This document shows positions 59,825 to 64,000 of a stretch of 64,000 nt of DNA, in pieces. The stretch spans positions 4,721,414 to 4,785,413 of the forward strand of contig CP070695.1 in the NCBI GenBank assembly GCA_020353515.1, given 5' to 3'. Position numbers and translations under genes: made by a program. The DNA is from Candidatus Heimdallarchaeota archaeon. Its GTDB lineage: Archaea > Asgardarchaeota > Heimdallarchaeia > Hodarchaeales > Hodarchaeaceae. The stretch's first letter is position 1; each line of letters starts with the position of its first letter. The notes under the pieces were generated by a model. It made no database searches. It worked only from the letters and a program-made list of their open reading frames with translations, and was not told the origin of the DNA.

Positions 59825-62092
59825 ATGGATGAATTAATCTTGGCAGTTTCTTTCATATCTGATCTTATCACGCGTCTAAAGGCGAAATTAAAACTTGAGG
59901 GCCCCACACAGAAATTAGAACAGGTGGAGCGACTCATTCAAGAAGGAAAACTTGACGAAGCTATGAGGGAGATTCAGCTCTATGAGGATATGAAAAACTT
60001 AACAGAAAATGATCGCCTTAGAGGCCAGATCTTGAAATGTGAAATCTTAAACGAAAAAAGAGATTATAAGAATGGATTGAAACTATCTAAACAGATATTG
60101 GAGGAGAGTGAAGGGCTAGGACAGTCCTTATTAATGATAGATGCAATGATTTGCCAAGGAAACGCTTTACTAGGAATGGGTGAACTTGACGATTCCTTCA
60201 AGATCACTGAAAAGGTAGAAGTTCTGTTAAAAAAGATTGAAGACATTAAAGAGAGAGAATATGATACAAGACATGCTGCAACAACCGAGCTCAAGGGGAA
60301 AATATGCCGTAGAAAGGGTGATATGAATCTTGCTTTAGATCTCCTCCAAGAATCACTTTCTATTAGAGAAAAACTCAAGGATTTTCATGCTAAAGCTGAT
60401 TTACTCAATAATATGGGCATAATTCATGCATCAAAAGGAGAATTTGACCCCGCTCTAGACTATCTTCAAAAAAGTCTAGAAATATATGAAGAACTAAAAA
60501 TGGAACAACCAATAATCAAGTTATTCAATAACATTGGACTGATTTACTCGTACAAGGGTGAACTGGATAAATCATTAGAATACTACCAAAAAAGCTTAGA
60601 TCTAAGTGAAAAATTCGAGAATAAACAAATTTCTGCAACATTATTACTGAATATTGGTCAGATATATCTTAGTAAGGGGGAGTTGGACTTTGCTTTGGAC
60701 TACAACCAGCGAAGCCTAGCATTATATGAAGAGTTAGATAGCACATATGAACTTGCCATTTGCCTCAATAATATTGGGAATATTTTCGAAAGTAAGGGAG
60801 AATTAGTACAAGCGCTTGAAGTATATACAAGAAGTTTAAACCTGTTTGAAAAAATTCAGGAGAAATCAGGTACCGCTTTGAGTATGAATAACATTGGTAA
60901 TGTCTATAGAAGCAGAGGGGAAGCAACTGAAGCAATATCTTATTATACAAAGAGTCTTGAATTACTCGAGGAGGCTGGAAACAACCTCGAAGCAAGCAGC
61001 GCTCTTCTCAATCTGGTTCTGATGACAATATATTGGGAAGATGTTGGGGAACCTCAACCATACTTACAAAAATTGCAAGAAATTGATAATAAAGAGGAAA
61101 ACAAAGCTATCAATCAAATTTATCGCCTTGCAAAAGCTATTGTCTTAAGAAAAAGCGCAAGAGTAGTTAAACAAGCTGAAGCGCAACAAATTTTCCAACA
61201 AATAGCAGAAGAAGAGATTATACAACATGAACGTACAGTTGATGCAATGCTGAACCTTTGTGAAATGCTTTTACTTGAATTAAGAACTTCTGGAAATGAG
61301 GAAGTCCTTAAAGAAATCACAGGAATTTTGGAGAAACTACAAACGATTGGTGAAAATCAACATTCCTACTCATTACTTGTAGATACATATATGCTGAAAT
61401 CGAAAATGGCACTGTTAGAGTTGGATCTTGATTCAGCACGACAATTATTAGGTGAAGCACAACAAATGGCTGAAGAAAAAGGTCTACGAAATTTAGCTAT
61501 GATGATTTCCGGAGAATACGACACTTTAATGGATCAATTAGGGAAGTGGACTGATTTAATTGATCAAAATGTTCCAATGATTGAGAAGTTGGAACTGACT
61601 GAATTGGAGGGGATGGTATCAAGGATAATTAGAAAAAAGGCAGAAACACCTGAGTTTGCAGGTGAAGAACCTGCATTATTCTTAATTCTTACAGAAACTG
61701 GAACGATGAGATTTTCCAAACAATTTGCCCCGGAGGGCACCCTAGACGATAAGGTTATCGGAGATCTCTTAACTGCTATCAATAATTTCATTCAGGAAAC
61801 ATTTGCTGCCACGGGGTCAATTGAACGTATAAAACATAAAGAGCATACACTATTGATGAAACCTATTGACCCATTGTTATGTTGTTATGTATTTAAAGGC
61901 CAATCTTATTCTGCTCTTCGAAAATTAGACACATTTATTGATACAGTCAAGGGTTCAAGATCTTTATGGAGATTATTAACTAGTACGACTAAATCAGATA
62001 AAACAATATCCGCAGAAAAAAAGATGGAAGATATAGTTTCTAATATTTTTCTTTCACAAGACAGTTCTGCTGTCCTCCAAGTTGAAAATTAA
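59825..62092 (+). CDS. TPR-repeat protein with C-terminal longin/roadblock-like domain (tandem paralog)
   Basis: Same architecture; shared blocks RVVKQAEAQQIFQ, SKMALLELDLD.ARQLL, LLCCYVFKG. Confidence 0.9.
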   Translation: MDELILAVSFISDLITRLKAKLKLEGPTQKLEQVERLIQEGKLDEAMREIQLYEDMKNLTENDRLRGQILKCEILNEKRDYKNGLKLSKQILEESEGLGQSLLMIDAMICQGNALLGMGELDDSFKITEKVEVLLKKIEDIKEREYDTRHAATTELKGKICRRKGDMNLALDLLQESLSIREKLKDFHAKADLLNNMGIIHASKGEFDPALDYLQKSLEIYEELKMEQPIIKLFNNIGLIYSYKGELDKSLEYYQKSLDLSEKFENKQISATLLLNIGQIYLSKGELDFALDYNQRSLALYEELDSTYELAICLNNIGNIFESKGELVQALEVYTRSLNLFEKIQEKSGTALSMNNIGNVYRSRGEATEAISYYTKSLELLEEAGNNLEASSALLNLVLMTIYWEDVGEPQPYLQKLQEIDNKEENKAINQIYRLAKAIVLRKSARVVKQAEAQQIFQQIAEEEIIQHERTVDAMLNLCEMLLLELRTSGNEEVLKEITGILEKLQTIGENQHSYSLLVDTYMLKSKMALLELDLDSARQLLGEAQQMAEEKGLRNLAMMISGEYDTLMDQLGKWTDLIDQNVPMIEKLELTELEGMVSRIIRKKAETPEFAGEEPALFLILTETGTMRFSKQFAPEGTLDDKVIGDLLTAINNFIQETFAATGSIERIKHKEHTLLMKPIDPLLCCYVFKGQSYSALRKLDTFIDTVKGSRSLWRLLTSTTKSDKTISAEKKMEDIVSNIFLSQDSSAVLQVEN

Positions 62093-62124
62093 AAAAAGAA
62101 GCCAAGAAGAGGGAGAATATCTTA

Positions 62125-62745
62125 TTAATTAGATTCAATCGAACTGATAATTCTTGAACATATAGAACCAATGGCTTTATGCAGGTTATTGACTGTAATG
62201 TCTTCTTTCGTCAAATCAGAAAGAGACAATGAATGAATATAGGTTCCATTAGGAGTAGTGAATTCTAATTTCAGGATTTTTTCTTCTGTTGTTACATTTA
62301 TTTCTAATTTGTATTTCTCATTAAGTCTGAAAGCCATTTTATGCTTTTTTTCCCGAAGTAAGTGCCACTAGTGATTGGAATATAACCTTGTTTTATCATA
62401 GACTCATAAATGTACACTGAGAATAATCTTGCTTCTCTGATTGAATAAGTATCTTCCTCAATAGGAATCTGTTCTAATTTGGCAAGCTTTGAAGTTGCTA
62501 ACTGAAGAACAATCGGGATTACTTTAAAACAAGGTGTTTTCCCAAGTGGATCCACTGCGGAATCTGTGAGTCTGTTTACAAGTGCATCATTATAATGAAA
62601 TGGAACAAAAACGTGACCACGGATAATATTTGTAGATATTCTTGCTTCAGCTGTTATTGCCCCTAGTGGTGATCTAACCTCAACAAGATCTCCATCTTCA
62701 ATAAGTAGGATTCGGGCATCCTCCCTATTGATGCTAACTAAAGCC
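62125..62745 (-). pseudogene. 3' remnant of a second fdhF copy, frameshifted
   Basis: GHVFVPFHYNDALVNRLTDSAVDPLGKTPCFKVIP and HSL...DIT.NNLHKAIGSICS match the C-terminus of the intact FdhF; frameshift at an A7 run (62345-62351). Confidence 0.88.
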
Positions 62746-62925
62746 TGTTCCAAAATACTGTGCAGTTTCAACTTTTACTGTTGTCATTAAAATTCCTCCA
62801 AATCCAATATAAACACCAGCTAGTATTCCAAGTGTCAACAATCGATCAACACTTTTATGTGCCTTTTCAACTGATGTATGGTTAGCTAAAACCTCAGCAA
62901 TTTCTTTTGGACTTTTAATAGGCAT
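62734..62925 (-). pseudogene. 5' remnant of a formate/nitrite transporter (FdhC/FNT family)
   Basis: KSPKEIAE......VEKA......LLTLGILAGVYIGFGG is the FNT N-terminus; it ends after 63 aa. Confidence 0.82.
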
Positions 62926-62983
62926 TATAAATCACTCACAAAATATAAGACTCAAGAGAAACAAAGTATTAAAAAATATTGGA

Positions 62984-63754
62984 GTGCTTAATGATTTGCA
63001 AAAGAAAGAGATCTTCAGATACATTCAAGGCAAGAAAGAAAAATACTTCGATTCTATTGTGAATGAACACCTGATCAAACTCTTCATAAATCAAAGAGAG
63101 TCATTCCTATTTCAGACCTTCCCCCTTGATAATGATGAGTTAGTAACTGGTTTCTTATACTCTAAAAAAATTATTTCGTCAATAAGGGATATTCAACGAT
63201 CTTTTTTTAATGAACTGACCAATGAATATCATATTTCTATTCAGAATGGTTTGAAAATCAATTACAGCTCATTGACGACTCCTATCTCAAGAAATATCAA
63301 TGATACTACTTTTAACAAAATCAACGATTCACACTCAATGGAAGAGCCCCTCATAGTAGAAAAAGATAAAATTTTTGCCTTTATGGAAGAATTCAATAGT
63401 TTATCCGATGTGTTTGACAAAACAGGAGCCGTTCATACCGCAGCTATATCAAACACTTCAGAAATAAAATATTATTATGATGATATTGGAAGACATAATG
63501 CTATTGATAAATGCTTAGGAAAAGGACTTATTGACAACGTTAAATTAGAGAATAAAATATTACTAGTAACTTGTCGTATTTCTTCAGGTATTATTTCAAA
63601 GATAATTAATAGTAGAATACCCATTATTATTTCACGCGCTCCTCCAACAGCTTATGCAATTGAACTTGGCGAAAAATTCGGAATTACTATTATTGGATTC
63701 TGTAGAGGATTTAGATTCAATGTTTACTCTCATGTAGGAAGAATTCAGGATTGA
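62984..63754 (+). CDS. fdhD: Formate dehydrogenase accessory sulfurtransferase FdhD
   Basis: ELVTGFLYS, FDKTGAVHTAA, DIGRHNAIDK, AIELG..FGITIIGF.R..RFNVYS. Confidence 0.93.
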   Translation: MLNDLQKKEIFRYIQGKKEKYFDSIVNEHLIKLFINQRESFLFQTFPLDNDELVTGFLYSKKIISSIRDIQRSFFNELTNEYHISIQNGLKINYSSLTTPISRNINDTTFNKINDSHSMEEPLIVEKDKIFAFMEEFNSLSDVFDKTGAVHTAAISNTSEIKYYYDDIGRHNAIDKCLGKGLIDNVKLENKILLVTCRISSGIISKIINSRIPIIISRAPPTAYAIELGEKFGITIIGFCRGFRFNVYSHVGRIQD

Positions 63755-63892
63755 TATTTGACCGAATTATTATTAGTTTCGATAAACGTACCCCTAAAAA
63801 ATAAAAAAACATGCATAGAAGCGCAACGTAATTACCACTGGAGTTATTACTGAAATAAACTTGATATCATAGAAAAATGGACGGTAAGGAGA

Positions 63893-64000
63893 ATGAAAGA
63901 TGTTGCAATTGTGATTTGTGGAGCAGCAGGTCAAGGAATCGCCACAGTAGAAGATTTAATTACTGGAATTCTCAAACAGGCTGGATATCATTGTTATAGT
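63893..64000 (+). CDS. 2-oxoacid:acceptor oxidoreductase alpha subunit, N-terminus (runs off the window)
   Basis: RBS AAGGAG then MKDVAIVICGAAGQGIATVEDLITGILKQAGYHCYS. Confidence 0.75.
   Translation, partial: MKDVAIVICGAAGQGIATVEDLITGILKQAGYHCYS

Overview
AT-rich archaeal chromosomal segment, most likely from an Asgard archaeon (Heimdallarchaeia/Hodarchaeales-like). This is inferred from TFB, a profilin, a roadblock-like protein, two TPR proteins with longin-like C-termini and PGF-CTERM-like tails. Housekeeping and metabolic genes include PFK, HflX, CysS, a sirtuin, Ino1, a DGGGP synthase-like UbiA protein and MobA/FdhF/FdhD. Best candidates for an undescribed system: (1) a translationally coupled operon (42377-38789, minus strand) encoding a DUF2207-like membrane protein ending in CACACAGCACACAGGGR, a PqqD/RRE-radical SAM-SPASM enzyme and a SAM methyltransferase, suggesting RiPP-type modification of a membrane protein tail; (2) a dense DNA-modification inventory with six DNA methyltransferases and no evident restriction enzyme, including a fused inactive+active beta-class pseudo-dimer, plus two TGT/DpdA-like transglycosylases and a DUF6884-like protein, several with PIP-box-like motifs; (3) a divergent GcvPA/PB pair with an SDR and a NAD-kinase-like gene. 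Also present: a BpsA-SpeD fusion, an FKBP-TM-Cys8 finger protein, a deleted fdhC'-'fdhF remnant and a long hairpin upstream of cysS. All calls come from reading motifs by eye; no searches were run. No rRNA, tRNA, CRISPR array or transposase was recognised.
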